From: Candidatus Bathyarchaeia archaeon
GTDB lineage: Archaea; Thermoproteota; Bathyarchaeia; Bathyarchaeales; Bathycorpusculaceae
NCBI GenBank assembly: GCA_038882955.1
Contig: JAVZNC010000003.1
Coordinates: 96,001-160,000 of the forward strand
Reading direction: 5' to 3'
Length of the DNA: 64,000 bases
Shown here: positions 48,832-58,981 of the stretch, piece after piece
How the letters are laid out: every line of letters begins with the position of its first letter
Position numbering within the stretch: position 1 is the stretch's first letter
Notes under the pieces: model-generated
Seen by the model: the letters and a program-made list of their open reading frames with translations, nothing else
The model's database searches: none
What the model was told of the DNA's origin: nothing
Program-made: the position numbers and the translations under genes

Positions 48832-50649
48832 CTATTCTGGAGGTATGCTGATGTAAAGCGTACGCATGTCCACGCCTCTGGTCGTATTGCGATACATGTA
48901 ATAGACGTACAACAATATACCAACGATTATACAGCCGAAGAAACCGGCTGCACTGACCACTTCCCACGTTTCCGCACCGGTTTTAAAGAGCGACCAGATC
49001 CATGAAGACTCCTTAATGAAAATGTACAGACAGAAGGCGCCTCCAAGTGTTGCTATAAAACCTAAGCCAACAACAGCGCCTATTGAATGTTTAACGGCTG
49101 CACGGTCGTAGATTTCTCTCCTTTCCAGCGGAAGGAGCATGCACGAAATACAGAATAGCGTTAGGAAGAAGGCGTCAAATATGTCTGTGCCAACAACTCC
49201 CGCAAACGCCAAGTAGTCTGCGGCTCCTTTTGGAAAGTTTGCTTCAGCCATGCACGCTGGAATAGCGAAAACTGCGGTTATTATTATTGACCATACTGGG
49301 GCGTGCCACCTTTCGCTAACGTAGGCGAACTTTTCGGGCATCATTCTATCGAAAGACATGGCGAAGAACGTCCTAGAAGCAACAAGCAAGAATGGCGGAA
49401 TGTCGTTGGCAACCCAGAGTACACCACCCAAAGCGATTAGTATTGCAAGAATTCCTAAATTCATACCAATTGAAGTAATTGACGCTATACCAGTGCTCCA
49501 AGCACTCAAGAAGTTAATTGGACGCGTAGGGTCAATTCCTTTGAATGCCGGATTTGAACTTTCTTGTATATGAGTCCAGTTTCCCTCACCGTACTTTGTA
49601 ATATTTGGGTCAACTCCTACATAGTTGTATGCTGCTTCCCAGTCTACTGGACCGTAGCTTAGAAAAGCATACGCTTGATAGAAGCTCCATTGATTCGGAT
49701 AATCGGTTGTTGTGTCTGTGTAAACTCCCATTGCGGAAAACGCTGAAAGCGATGAAGCCAGTAAGTAAACTATCATTATTATCAGTCCTGCAATAGCAAC
49801 CACTTTAGGAAGTTTCTTATTCGCTTCTTTAACTTCTCCCGCCACAAACGTGGTGGCGTACCAGCCCATGTAAGCCCAGAACGCACCACCTAACGCAACG
49901 GAAAAGGCGCTGAAGAACCCAGTTTTTGCTTCCAACATTCCACTATGAAGAGCTAGATTCACTAAACTTTGAGGCGAAATATTCATTACGGCTTTTACTC
50001 CCTCTTCGACGACGCTTGGATTCGCTATGCCAGCAACCCACATCGCAAAGAAAATTATCGTAATTGCGGCAGGTATGTAAAAGAGCACTTCCATCAATCT
50101 ACCGTAGAGCTTGGTTCCAAGCAGTGCAATTATCGCAAATATCCAAACAATAGCAAGTCCACCTAAGAAGAGTTCAACTGCCCCAAATGAAATGGTAGTC
50201 GGAGCCAACGCGATGTTGAAGAATATCATCACTCCTTCGAACACCGCAACGCCAATTAATCCATAGGAAAAGGCTTCCGCGAGGAACATTAGCCAACCAG
50301 CAATATAGCCTATGGACGGATGTATTACCCTTGAGATTGTGACGTAGCCGCCTCCTGAACGTGGCATTGCTGCGGTCACGTAGCCCGCGGCATAGCCAGT
50401 AATCAACACGATTATGCCGCATACGAGGAAAGCCCAGAACATTGCTGGTAAGCCAAGTGGCATTTCATTTGTTGGCATTGGCGCGGGACCAGTGAATTGG
50501 AATGCTCTCTTTTGCCATCCTAAGCCGACGACGTGGCTCATGATTATAATTATTCCCAGTGTGAAGCCTATTTCGCGTACTAGTCCAGTTGCTTCTCTGG
50601 CGAATAGTCCTGGTTTACTTGAAGCCATTTTCTTATAACACCCGAACAT
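48832..50649 (-). CDS. APC-superfamily transporter with large extracellular loop
   Basis: LFAREATGLVRE, AMPRSGGGY, GEVKEA, SRTFFAMSFDR, terminal IPPE. Confidence 0.9.
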   Translation of the reverse strand: MFGCYKKMASSKPGLFAREATGLVREIGFTLGIIIIMSHVVGLGWQKRAFQFTGPAPMPTNEMPLGLPAMFWAFLVCGIIVLITGYAAGYVTAAMPRSGGGYVTISRVIHPSIGYIAGWLMFLAEAFSYGLIGVAVFEGVMIFFNIALAPTTISFGAVELFLGGLAIVWIFAIIALLGTKLYGRLMEVLFYIPAAITIIFFAMWVAGIANPSVVEEGVKAVMNISPQSLVNLALHSGMLEAKTGFFSAFSVALGGAFWAYMGWYATTFVAGEVKEANKKLPKVVAIAGLIIMIVYLLASSLSAFSAMGVYTDTTTDYPNQWSFYQAYAFLSYGPVDWEAAYNYVGVDPNITKYGEGNWTHIQESSNPAFKGIDPTRPINFLSAWSTGIASITSIGMNLGILAILIALGGVLWVANDIPPFLLVASRTFFAMSFDRMMPEKFAYVSERWHAPVWSIIITAVFAIPACMAEANFPKGAADYLAFAGVVGTDIFDAFFLTLFCISCMLLPLERREIYDRAAVKHSIGAVVGLGFIATLGGAFCLYIFIKESSWIWSLFKTGAETWEVVSAAGFFGCIIVGILLYVYYMYRNTTRGVDMRTLYISIPPE

Positions 50650-50752
50650 CTAGTTTTGGTTCTATCCAGATTTAAAACTTTCCATAAACCCTAAATTTAA
50701 ATAGTGCAAATCCATGATTTACAGTGAAAATAAAGCATAGGAAATGGTTTAA

Positions 50753-51727
50753 TTGGCGTTTCTATTCAAAAAGAAGAAAGAAACCGAAACAAGGATACTG
50801 TTCGCAACAGACATGCATGGCTCAGAAGGCGTGTGGAGAAAATTCCTAAACGCCTCGGCAATGCTTAAGGTGGATGTTGCCATTTGCGGCGGAGACCTAA
50901 CTGGAAAAATGATAGTGCCAGTCGTCAAACATAAGGACGGAAAATACTCATACTACCACCTCAAAAAGACGCACACGGTGAACGAAAACGAAATAGAAAA
51001 AGCCCTGAAGGAAATAAGGGGCATAGGCTATTATCCCTACATCACAAATGAAAGCGAATACGAGGAAATGGTGAAAAGTTCCAAGAAGGTCGACGAGGTT
51101 TTCCACACGGTCATGATTGACACAATAAAGAATTGGCTTGACCTAATTCCGCAGAAGGTTCCAAGCGAAACAAGGGTTGTGGTCTGCCCTGGAAACGACG
51201 ACAGACCAGCCGTAGACGAGATAGTCAACAACCACAAGTACGTGCTGAACGGCGAGGGCAAAGTCATAGAAATTGACGATTCACATGAGATGATAAGCAC
51301 TGGATGGGTGAACCCAAGTCCGTGGAAAACAGCCCGTGAAGAAGAAGAGGAAAAACTCGAAGCGCGACTCGAAAAATATGTTTCGCAGCTTAAAAACCAC
51401 GAAAACGCCATATTCAACTTTCACGCTCCCCCATACCAGTCAAAGCTCGACGAAGCCCCACTTTTAGACAAAGACTTAAACCCAGTAATCCAAGGCGGAA
51501 GCGTCGTCATGGTTCCAGTAGGCTCAAAAGCAGTTAGGAAAATGATTGAAAAATACCAGCCTTTCCTCGGGCTTCATGGGCACATACACGAGGCAGCTGG
51601 CTCAATGAGAATCGGAAAGACATACTGCGTAAACCCCGGAAGCGAATACGCAGAAGGCATCCTAAGAGCCTTCCTAATAGAGTTCAAAGGCAACAAAATA
51701 ACGAGGCTACAGCGAATAGAAGGCTAA
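50753..51727 (+). CDS. Icc-like calcineurin-type metallophosphoesterase
   Basis: TDMHG, GGDLTG, PGNDD, HAPP, HGHIHE, NPGS. Confidence 0.92.
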   Translation: MAFLFKKKKETETRILFATDMHGSEGVWRKFLNASAMLKVDVAICGGDLTGKMIVPVVKHKDGKYSYYHLKKTHTVNENEIEKALKEIRGIGYYPYITNESEYEEMVKSSKKVDEVFHTVMIDTIKNWLDLIPQKVPSETRVVVCPGNDDRPAVDEIVNNHKYVLNGEGKVIEIDDSHEMISTGWVNPSPWKTAREEEEEKLEARLEKYVSQLKNHENAIFNFHAPPYQSKLDEAPLLDKDLNPVIQGGSVVMVPVGSKAVRKMIEKYQPFLGLHGHIHEAAGSMRIGKTYCVNPGSEYAEGILRAFLIEFKGNKITRLQRIEG

Positions 51728-51746
51728 GCGCGAGGGAAACGAAGCC

Positions 51747-52676
51747 ATGGCTTGGCTTCTTGATAGGGAAATTAAACGTGAACTGCCAGAGGAATGGAAT
51801 GGCATAGTTCCAACAGAAATTTTCATCCAAGAATCCAAGGAAATCGTTGAAAAGGCAAGGCAGGAAGGCATAATCCTAAGAATCCTCGGCGGACTAAGCA
51901 TAGCAATTCACTGCGAAGAGCATAGGGACTTTGCGCAAAAACTCGGCAGAATCGGAACCGGCGTAATTGAAGGACAAGAGTACAGCGACATAGACCTCGT
52001 TTCATATCGCGGCCACAGAGATAAAGTGAAAGAGTTATTCGAAAAGTTGAGCTATGCGAAAAGGAGAGCGACGCTTTCAACGGCAGCGTCTGAAAGGCAA
52101 ATCTACTTCCACCCCAAAGGCTGGTTTTATGTGGACGTTTTCTTCGACAAACTCTTGGTGGCAAACCACCCAATAGACTTCAAGGGAAGACTTGAACTCG
52201 ACTATCCAACAATAACTGTGACAGACATGCTCCTAGAAAAGATCCAAATGTGGGAAGCTTTCAGCGCAAAAGACCTAAAAGACTGCCTATTGCTTCTAAA
52301 GGCACACAACATAAGCGGAAAAACAGAGAAAGAAAGCATAGACGCCGCGTACATAGCAAAACTGTTAGCAGAAGACTGGGGATTCTGGTACACAGCAACA
52401 ACAAACCTCCAAAAAATAAGGGTGTTCCTAATGGAAATTGACAGGCTCGGCCAAGAAGCAGGCATAGACCCAAAACAAATAACGAAAGAAGATAGAGAAG
52501 AAATAATACAAAAAATAGACAAAATATTGGAAACAATCGAAAAAGAACCGAAAACCTTCGGATGGAAAATGCGCGCAAAAATAGGAACAAAAAAGCAATG
52601 GTACAACCCAGTTGAACGTCCAGAAACAGTCGGCGGATTCGGAATATGGGAAACATTACTAAAAGGAGAAAGCTGA
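51747..52676 (+). CDS. Pol-beta-superfamily nucleotidyltransferase-like protein, paralog 2
   Basis: ILGGLSIAIH, SDIDL, VDVFFD, LLEKIQ, KDLKD. Confidence 0.8.
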   Translation: MAWLLDREIKRELPEEWNGIVPTEIFIQESKEIVEKARQEGIILRILGGLSIAIHCEEHRDFAQKLGRIGTGVIEGQEYSDIDLVSYRGHRDKVKELFEKLSYAKRRATLSTAASERQIYFHPKGWFYVDVFFDKLLVANHPIDFKGRLELDYPTITVTDMLLEKIQMWEAFSAKDLKDCLLLLKAHNISGKTEKESIDAAYIAKLLAEDWGFWYTATTNLQKIRVFLMEIDRLGQEAGIDPKQITKEDREEIIQKIDKILETIEKEPKTFGWKMRAKIGTKKQWYNPVERPETVGGFGIWETLLKGES

Positions 52677-52727
52677 ACCTCACCAAGAAAGCGAAAAGTT
52701 AATGAGCAAAGCCTTAACGTGTATTCT

Positions 52728-52853
52728 GGGGTTTGCCGGCCATAGGGCGCGGGACCCACCCGATCCCATTCCGAACTCGGAAGTTAAACCGCGCTCCGTT
52801 CCCGGTTGTAGTGTGGTCTTCGGCCACGCGAAGCCGGGAAAGCTGGCAGCCCC
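52728..52853 (+). rRNA. rrf: 5S rRNA (unlinked)
   Basis: CCCGAUCCCAUUCCGAACUCGGAAGUUAA core; terminal helix GGGGUUUGCCGGC/GCUGGCAGCCCC. Confidence 0.97.
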
Positions 52854-52928
52854 GCTTAACTTTGATTTTTGGCGAATGTTTAAATTGTGGTTTTTTGCTG
52901 TTTATTGCCTTCTTTAAGTGATGTTGGC

Positions 52929-53726
52929 ATGTGGGAGTGGTTGCTTCCGCTGTTTGGCTTCTTGATAAGCATAGCTGCGGCTTTAACGGGTGTTGGAGGC
53001 GGAATATTCATAGTGCCGTTGTTAACGCTTCTTTACGGTTTTGAACCTGTAGTGGCTGTTGGCACAAGCCTAGCCACTATAATAATTACTTCTGTAGCCT
53101 CTTCGGCGAATTATTTGAAGCAGAATCGCGTTTATGTCAAGGCTGGACTGGTTTTGGCTTGCACTACCACTCCCGGCGGCTATGTTGGCGCGGCCATTAC
53201 TGCGGTTCCAGTTGTTAAAATGTGGCTTGGCGTTATTTTCGGCATTTTCCTAATCATTGTTGCGGTTCAGATGGTGTACAAGGCTTTGTCCACAAAATCT
53301 GTTAAGGGCTGCGGTGTTGTTGACGCTGCCTTTGAGAAGTCGCTTCTAAAAGACTGGAGGAAGATGCTTTCTGGCTTGTTCTTGGGATTTTTCGGAGGCG
53401 TAGCCTCTGGACTGCTCGGCATAGGCGGAGGAACAGTTCTCGTGCCAGTCATGTGTTACGCACTTGGCTTTCCAATTCATTTCGCTATACCCACATCAAT
53501 GTTTATCATGATTTTCACTTCAATTTCTGGCGTCATCAACCACGTGCAACAAGGAAACGTGAATAGCTTGCATGCAGTCTATCTTGGAATTGGAGCGGTT
53601 TTGGGCGCTCAGGTTGGCGCTTACGCAAGCAGAAAGCTTTCGAGTAGGAATTTGAGTTTGGTTTTCGCTGCGATGCTTGTGGTTGCGAGTGTAAATATGA
53701 TATTGAAGAATCTGCATTACATTTAG
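52929..53726 (+). CDS. TauE/SafE sulfite exporter family protein
   Basis: GVGGGIFIVP, AVGTSL, GIGGGTVLVP. Confidence 0.9.
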   Translation: MWEWLLPLFGFLISIAAALTGVGGGIFIVPLLTLLYGFEPVVAVGTSLATIIITSVASSANYLKQNRVYVKAGLVLACTTTPGGYVGAAITAVPVVKMWLGVIFGIFLIIVAVQMVYKALSTKSVKGCGVVDAAFEKSLLKDWRKMLSGLFLGFFGGVASGLLGIGGGTVLVPVMCYALGFPIHFAIPTSMFIMIFTSISGVINHVQQGNVNSLHAVYLGIGAVLGAQVGAYASRKLSSRNLSLVFAAMLVVASVNMILKNLHYI

Positions 53727-53808
53727 TCTTTATTGCATATCTTACTTGGAATATCCTAAAATTTATAACCAAGCGTTTTGTAGTTTCTCGAAAAGGTGAG
53801 TTAAAAGC

Positions 53809-54933
53809 GTGTTTGAAGTGGCTACGCTATTTGCAACTATACTTATGCAGATTGACATTCAGCAGATTCTAAGCCTGCTCTTCTACATCGTATTCATAGT
53901 CTTCATTTTTTATGGACAAAGAATCCAAATGTACGTCATGTTAAGGGAAGTTGAAGGCTCACTTTTCAAGCTTAAATACATAAAGGATGAGGGGAGAAAA
54001 ATCGCCATAGAAACAATCAAGGAGATTGGAAAGCCCCAGTCAGACCCAACCGTTAGGGTTGACAGGTTCCTCGAATACTTCACAATATCGCCTCAAAGCC
54101 TTGACCCAGCGGGCGTTGTTTGGAAGCTTGAGCACATTCTCGACGTGAGAGATGTGCGTTTCAAGGATGAAGTTAAGCTTATGGCGCCCTCGGCTGACGA
54201 AACACAAACTAACAATTTGGAGAACACGCTTGAGGCGGCTATGGCTTTAAACTACATTTACAAGGTTATAAGGCACTATTACTTGCTTGGCAAGAAAACG
54301 TTAAGCCTATACATAATAATGCAGTTGCAGATGATACTGCCCCTAGTGATGCGCGAGGCGGAAGCCTACGCAAGCGCGTTAAAGGCTTTTGCATATGGAC
54401 AACCAATAGGCGACGGTGCCGGCGCATTGGTTGCAGCTAAACTTATGCGGGGATATGAAACGCGAAAAGTTCCCAAAGACTGTGTTGTGGCAACAGTTCC
54501 AATGGAGGGACGGACAGCATTCGTGATTAAGGCTGAAGGGCCGGGGGGAAACGTTGGCAAGATAGGCGATGCCATAAAAACGGTTATTGAGGAGAATGAG
54601 GGAAAAATTGCCACAATAATAATGATTGATGCAGCCATGAAGTTGGAAGGCGAGGATGTCGGCGAGGTTGCAGAGGGTGTCGGCGCAGCTATAGGCGGTC
54701 CTGGCGTTGACCAGTTTAAGATTGAGGAGTCTATTTTGAAGTATCGGATACCAATAAACGCTGTTATAATCAAGGAGGATATTGGAGATGCTGTTTCGCC
54801 AATGCGCAAGGAAATCTTTGAGGCTGCCGACAAGGCTATAGAGCGTGTGAAGCAAGTTATTTTGGAGAAAACGAAGGAAGGAGACAAAGTGATAATTGCG
54901 GGGGTTGGTAACACCATTGGAATTGGTCAGTGA
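53809..54933 (+). CDS. DUF1512-family protein
   Basis: LDPAG, PIGDGAG, AEGPGG, IDAAMKLEGE, GVGNTIGIGQ. Confidence 0.85.
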   Translation: MFEVATLFATILMQIDIQQILSLLFYIVFIVFIFYGQRIQMYVMLREVEGSLFKLKYIKDEGRKIAIETIKEIGKPQSDPTVRVDRFLEYFTISPQSLDPAGVVWKLEHILDVRDVRFKDEVKLMAPSADETQTNNLENTLEAAMALNYIYKVIRHYYLLGKKTLSLYIIMQLQMILPLVMREAEAYASALKAFAYGQPIGDGAGALVAAKLMRGYETRKVPKDCVVATVPMEGRTAFVIKAEGPGGNVGKIGDAIKTVIEENEGKIATIIMIDAAMKLEGEDVGEVAEGVGAAIGGPGVDQFKIEESILKYRIPINAVIIKEDIGDAVSPMRKEIFEAADKAIERVKQVILEKTKEGDKVIIAGVGNTIGIGQ

Positions 54934-54943
54934 GGAGAGCAAA

Positions 54944-55342
54944 ATGAACGAGGCGTCTCAGGCGAAAAAAATTTCATCTTTCGTTTTGATGATAATTTTC
55001 GTGCTTTTGGCTTTGTCGTTGGCTGCTCTAGTTTTGGCTTTGCAAGCTTTTGGTTATGGCGAAGATATAACTGCCGGATATTTACTCTTGATAGGTTTTA
55101 TAGGTGTGGCTTTGTCTACTTATGTTTTGATGCAGATGAGAAGACGTTTGCTGCGTTTGAAGATTGCGACTCTACCGATAACTACAACTATTGAGTGTAA
55201 AAAATGTGGCTTCAAGAGCGTCCGCGAGTTTCAGCGTGGCGACTACATTTTCAAGGAAGTCGAGCCTTGTCAGAAATGCAATGACAAAATGTTGATAACG
55301 GCGATTTACAGGGAAGTTAGAGAAAAAGAACGTGAATGGTAG
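54944..55342 (+). CDS. Two-TM protein with C-terminal zinc ribbon
   Basis: CKKC...RGDYIFK...CQKC. Confidence 0.8.
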   Translation: MNEASQAKKISSFVLMIIFVLLALSLAALVLALQAFGYGEDITAGYLLLIGFIGVALSTYVLMQMRRRLLRLKIATLPITTTIECKKCGFKSVREFQRGDYIFKEVEPCQKCNDKMLITAIYREVREKEREW

Positions 55343-55352
55343 TTTTGGCTAG

Positions 55353-56258
55353 TTAAGTCAAGATTGAAGCACCTTTTTCCGTAACTAAAACTGTGTGTTC
55401 CGCTTGAGCTACGGGTCTTCTGCTAACTTCAACAAAGATTGGATAGCCCATTAGCGCCTTTGAAGATAAAAGTTCCTTAAAGGCTTGGGAATAATGTTCT
55501 TTCGGTATCGCCCCTTGTAGCCACCGTTCAGCGAACGGCAAGGTTCTGAAGTTTTCTTCTATGAATTTTAGGAGTTGCCGTGCATAGGGGTTTTTCAGCG
55601 GTCTTGACTTTACAAAGCGGAATATTGTTACTTCTTCCCCGTTTTCAACGCGTCCAACAGCTTCTGGAAACGTGACGAAAGGTTCTATGGCATATACTGC
55701 TCCAAGTTTAATTTTTGCTAGAGATATTTGCGAAATGTTTGGTATTGATGTGCCAGCGTGAACAAGATAACGCCCAACCTGATGACCAGTTAAGTTTGAG
55801 ATAGGCTTGAACCCCCTCGACTTTATTGTTTTTTCGATTAATCCACCGATTTTTGATGTTGTTATTTCTGGGCGAATAGCTGCTATGGCTTCTTTTAAGG
55901 CTTGTTCAGCTGCTTCAACGAGGCAGCGGTATTCCTGGTTAAAGCACACTGTTACAGCGGTGTCCGTTACATAGCCGTCAACGTGCGCTCCAATGTCAAT
56001 TTTTACTATGGATTTTTTTGGGATTCGCCTAGTGTCGTTTGGTGGTGACGTGTAATGTGCTGCTATTTCGTTTATTGAAATGTTGCATGGAAATGCTGGT
56101 TTTGCGCCCTTTTCTCTTATGGTTTTTTCAGCTTTTTCGCAAACTTCTATTATGGGCATTTCTTCGCGTACCAAATTTCGCATTATCTCGCGTGTTTCGC
56201 GTAGGATTCTTCCAGAAAGCCTAAACTTTTCTATTGCCTCGTCGTCGTATTGGCTCAT
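55353..56258 (-). CDS. map: Methionine aminopeptidase type II
   Basis: AFPCNISINEIAAHY, DIGAHVDG, NLTGH, AIEPF, QAEHT. Confidence 0.96.
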   Translation of the reverse strand: MSQYDDEAIEKFRLSGRILRETREIMRNLVREEMPIIEVCEKAEKTIREKGAKPAFPCNISINEIAAHYTSPPNDTRRIPKKSIVKIDIGAHVDGYVTDTAVTVCFNQEYRCLVEAAEQALKEAIAAIRPEITTSKIGGLIEKTIKSRGFKPISNLTGHQVGRYLVHAGTSIPNISQISLAKIKLGAVYAIEPFVTFPEAVGRVENGEEVTIFRFVKSRPLKNPYARQLLKFIEENFRTLPFAERWLQGAIPKEHYSQAFKELLSSKALMGYPIFVEVSRRPVAQAEHTVLVTEKGASILT

Positions 56259-56333
56259 CCAAATCACGCTATTTTTATTAACGCATAGATATATCATAGC
56301 TTTTAAAAGGGTTTATTGTGGGGTGCGCATAAT

Positions 56334-57005
56334 TTGGCTAAAATAACGTGGTTTGGACATGCAGCCTTCAAAGTGGAAATCGCAGACAAGATTGTTCTGG
56401 TTGACCCTTGGCTTGACGGAAACCCAACATCGCCAGTGAAGGCTTCGGAAATAGCGAAGGCGGACATAGTTTATGTAACACATGACCACGGAGACCATTT
56501 GGGCGATGCTGTGGGCATTTGTAAAAGGACAGGCGCCACCTTCGTTGGAACTTTTGAACTTGGCAATTACGCTCAAAACGAAGGCGTAAAAAACGTTGTC
56601 GGACTAAACATAGGCGGAAGCGCGGAGGTAAAAGGCATACGAATGCATGTTGTGCACGCTTTTCACACGGCTTCAAAGGGGGCGCCCACGGGCGTCGTCG
56701 TCGAGGGCGAAGGTAAAAGTGTTTACCACGCTGGGGATACGGGCGTTTTCGGCGACATGCAAATTATTGGAGAACTTTACAAGCCAGATGTTGCACTTAT
56801 CCCAATAGGTGGATACTACACAATGGGCGCTTTAGAAGCGGCAGAAGCGGTTAGGCTTATCAAGCCTAAGGCGGTTATTCCAATGCATTACAAGACTTTT
56901 CCAGTTTTGGCGCAGTCAGCAGACGAGTTCGCGAAGCTTGTAAGCGAAAAAGCGCGTAAGGTGAAGGTTGTCATGTTAAAGCCTGGAGAAAGCTACGAGT
57001 TCTAG
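56334..57005 (+). CDS. UPF0173 metal-dependent hydrolase (MBL fold)
   Basis: WFGHAAF, THDHGDH, YHAGDT, IPMHY. Confidence 0.92.
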   Translation: MAKITWFGHAAFKVEIADKIVLVDPWLDGNPTSPVKASEIAKADIVYVTHDHGDHLGDAVGICKRTGATFVGTFELGNYAQNEGVKNVVGLNIGGSAEVKGIRMHVVHAFHTASKGAPTGVVVEGEGKSVYHAGDTGVFGDMQIIGELYKPDVALIPIGGYYTMGALEAAEAVRLIKPKAVIPMHYKTFPVLAQSADEFAKLVSEKARKVKVVMLKPGESYEF

Positions 57006-57571
57006 GTTTTCGGCTTAAAGACTTTTGGTTCAAGCGTTGCGAACTCGTTTCCGCCAAGATGAAAAATCATCTTCGCTTTTTCTAGGTTATACACGCCTTC
57101 AAATGTTCCTTTGTCTGCGTATGCCTCAACAATTTCGCCCACAAAAATTGTGTGATCTCCAGCTGTGAACTGGTTTCGGAGTTTACATTCTAGGTGTGCT
57201 ACGCACTCCTTAATTATTGGCGCTTTCAGCTTCCTCGCTGGCAAAGGCGTTAGACGAGCTTCTTTAAACTTGTCGTGTTCTCTCCCGCTTGCAGTGCCGC
57301 AAAAGAAGGTTTCATCTAGTATTTCTATCGTTGGGATGTTCACAACAAACTCTTTGGTTTCTTCGATTAGGCTGTGCGAGTGCCTACGCGGCGCGATGCT
57401 TACGGCGACTAGTGGCGGATTAACTGATGTCGGCATAGCCCAAGCCAAAGTGATAATATTCGGTTTCCCGCTTTTTCCAATACATGACACAAGAACGGTG
57501 TGCATGGGATGAAGCAGCCTCAAAGCGTTAGGCGGACTAACGCCAACAACATCTTTTTCTTTTATCTGCAT
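57002..57571 (-). CDS. Flavin reductase-like protein
   Basis: EFVVNIP, AHLEC, GDHTIFVGEI. Confidence 0.92.
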   Translation of the reverse strand: MQIKEKDVVGVSPPNALRLLHPMHTVLVSCIGKSGKPNIITLAWAMPTSVNPPLVAVSIAPRRHSHSLIEETKEFVVNIPTIEILDETFFCGTASGREHDKFKEARLTPLPARKLKAPIIKECVAHLECKLRNQFTAGDHTIFVGEIVEAYADKGTFEGVYNLEKAKMIFHLGGNEFATLEPKVFKPKT

Positions 57572-57587
57572 TTTCGCATTTTCCTCC

Positions 57588-58718
57588 TTACCGTTTTATG
57601 TGAAACTTTTCCACGACGTTTCGCGCCTTTTCCCGCCTTTTCTGGTGTTCAGAAAGGAACTTGTTAACTCTCTCGGTTAGTTCCGTTTTGCATTCCCCGC
57701 AAAGGATTTCGCCGTCTCTGCATCGTCTTTCCCTCTCAAGAAGCTTCTTGTCATCTTCCTCGAAGAGGAAGTAGAAGTACTGAAAAACGCTGCATACGCT
57801 TGGGTCGCCGCCGAGTTTTCTCTGCTCCTCAACAGTTGCCCGCCCACCAGTAAAGGCGTTCCAAATCTTACGCTTAACAACCTCTGGCGGGTCAACCGTG
57901 AAAATGGATGTTTCCGGCTCTGAAGCGCTCATCTTTCCGCCCACACCCAAACCCGGCAAGAAACGGCAGTGAATCTGCGCTGGCTTATAATAGCCAAGCT
58001 TCGGAGCAACATCACGCGTTATACGCCAGTACGGGTCCTGGTCAATGGCGGCTGGAATCAAAGCTGGAACGTTGTCGCCAGTTAGTTTCGCGTGGATGAA
58101 GCATGGAACGGCTTGGATGGCTGGCCAGAAAATCCAGCCTATGTTTGTGCTTTCTTGAAAGCCAAATGTGGCTTTTGCCGTTGAGTATGTTACGCGCTTT
58201 GCAACTTCGAGGGCTATGTCATAAAGCAAGTCAATGTCTTGAACGTCGAATATTATGAAGGTGTTTTCTGGCTTAAAGCCTAGGGCTATTAGGTCTAAGG
58301 CGTTTTCATAAGCGAAATTCGTGGTTTCCTTAAGCTCAAGCGTATCGTCAACAACAAACTTTTCATCATCAGTCATCTGGAAATAAAGCCTAGTGTCGAA
58401 CTTTTCTTGCAAGTGCCTAGTGAAAATCCATGGAACAAGATGCCCAATATGGACGGGACCAGAGGGACCACGCCCAGTGTAGAGGACGAATTTTATTCCT
58501 TTCTCGTAGAGTTCTAGAACCGCATCCAAATCGCGGTGTGAAAAGAAGAGCCTTCGCCTAAGCTGAAGATGAAGCTCGCCGGTGTGTTTTGCCATCTTTT
58601 GCAGTAGCTCGTCGGTTAGAGGCTGCGTTCCAAACTCGCGTATTAGGCGTTCATAGTCAACTTTGCCCCTAACTTCCCATGGAGTTACCACCATCTCATT
58701 TCTATTTTCATCAGCCAA
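57588..58718 (-). CDS. trpS: Tryptophanyl-tRNA synthetase
   Basis: VTPWEV, TGRGPS, HIGH, IDQDPY, KMSAS. Confidence 0.97.
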   Translation of the reverse strand: MADENRNEMVVTPWEVRGKVDYERLIREFGTQPLTDELLQKMAKHTGELHLQLRRRLFFSHRDLDAVLELYEKGIKFVLYTGRGPSGPVHIGHLVPWIFTRHLQEKFDTRLYFQMTDDEKFVVDDTLELKETTNFAYENALDLIALGFKPENTFIIFDVQDIDLLYDIALEVAKRVTYSTAKATFGFQESTNIGWIFWPAIQAVPCFIHAKLTGDNVPALIPAAIDQDPYWRITRDVAPKLGYYKPAQIHCRFLPGLGVGGKMSASEPETSIFTVDPPEVVKRKIWNAFTGGRATVEEQRKLGGDPSVCSVFQYFYFLFEEDDKKLLERERRCRDGEILCGECKTELTERVNKFLSEHQKRREKARNVVEKFHIKR

Positions 58719-58981
58719 GCCATGCGCCGCCCAAGGTTTTAGCTCCTTATAAAATTCCCAGAAAACGTATTAAGTTTTGTGCGGAATACGCGCGGGGAAT
58801 AAGCTATAAATATGTTTCTGCTTTTCCTTTTATGTGCGCTGGTGAAGTGATGCCCCGCCAATTTACATGAAAGGGAAGGCTTTTTCTAGCGCAAAATTAG
58901 CGTGGCACATGCATACTTTTATTAAAAATAAAACAACTACAATACAAAGCCAAAACGCCAACAATAAAGAAGGGAAAGAAG

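Noticed and set aside
52702-52921. ORFs overlapping the 5S rRNA
   Set aside because: Explained by the rRNA gene
54366-54942. Two long minus-strand ORFs
   Set aside because: Antisense shadows of the DUF1512 gene
58719-58981. Possible attenuator or T-box-like leader between trpS and pheS
   Set aside because: No convincing structure or Trp/Phe-rich leader peptide; fits ordinary divergent promoters
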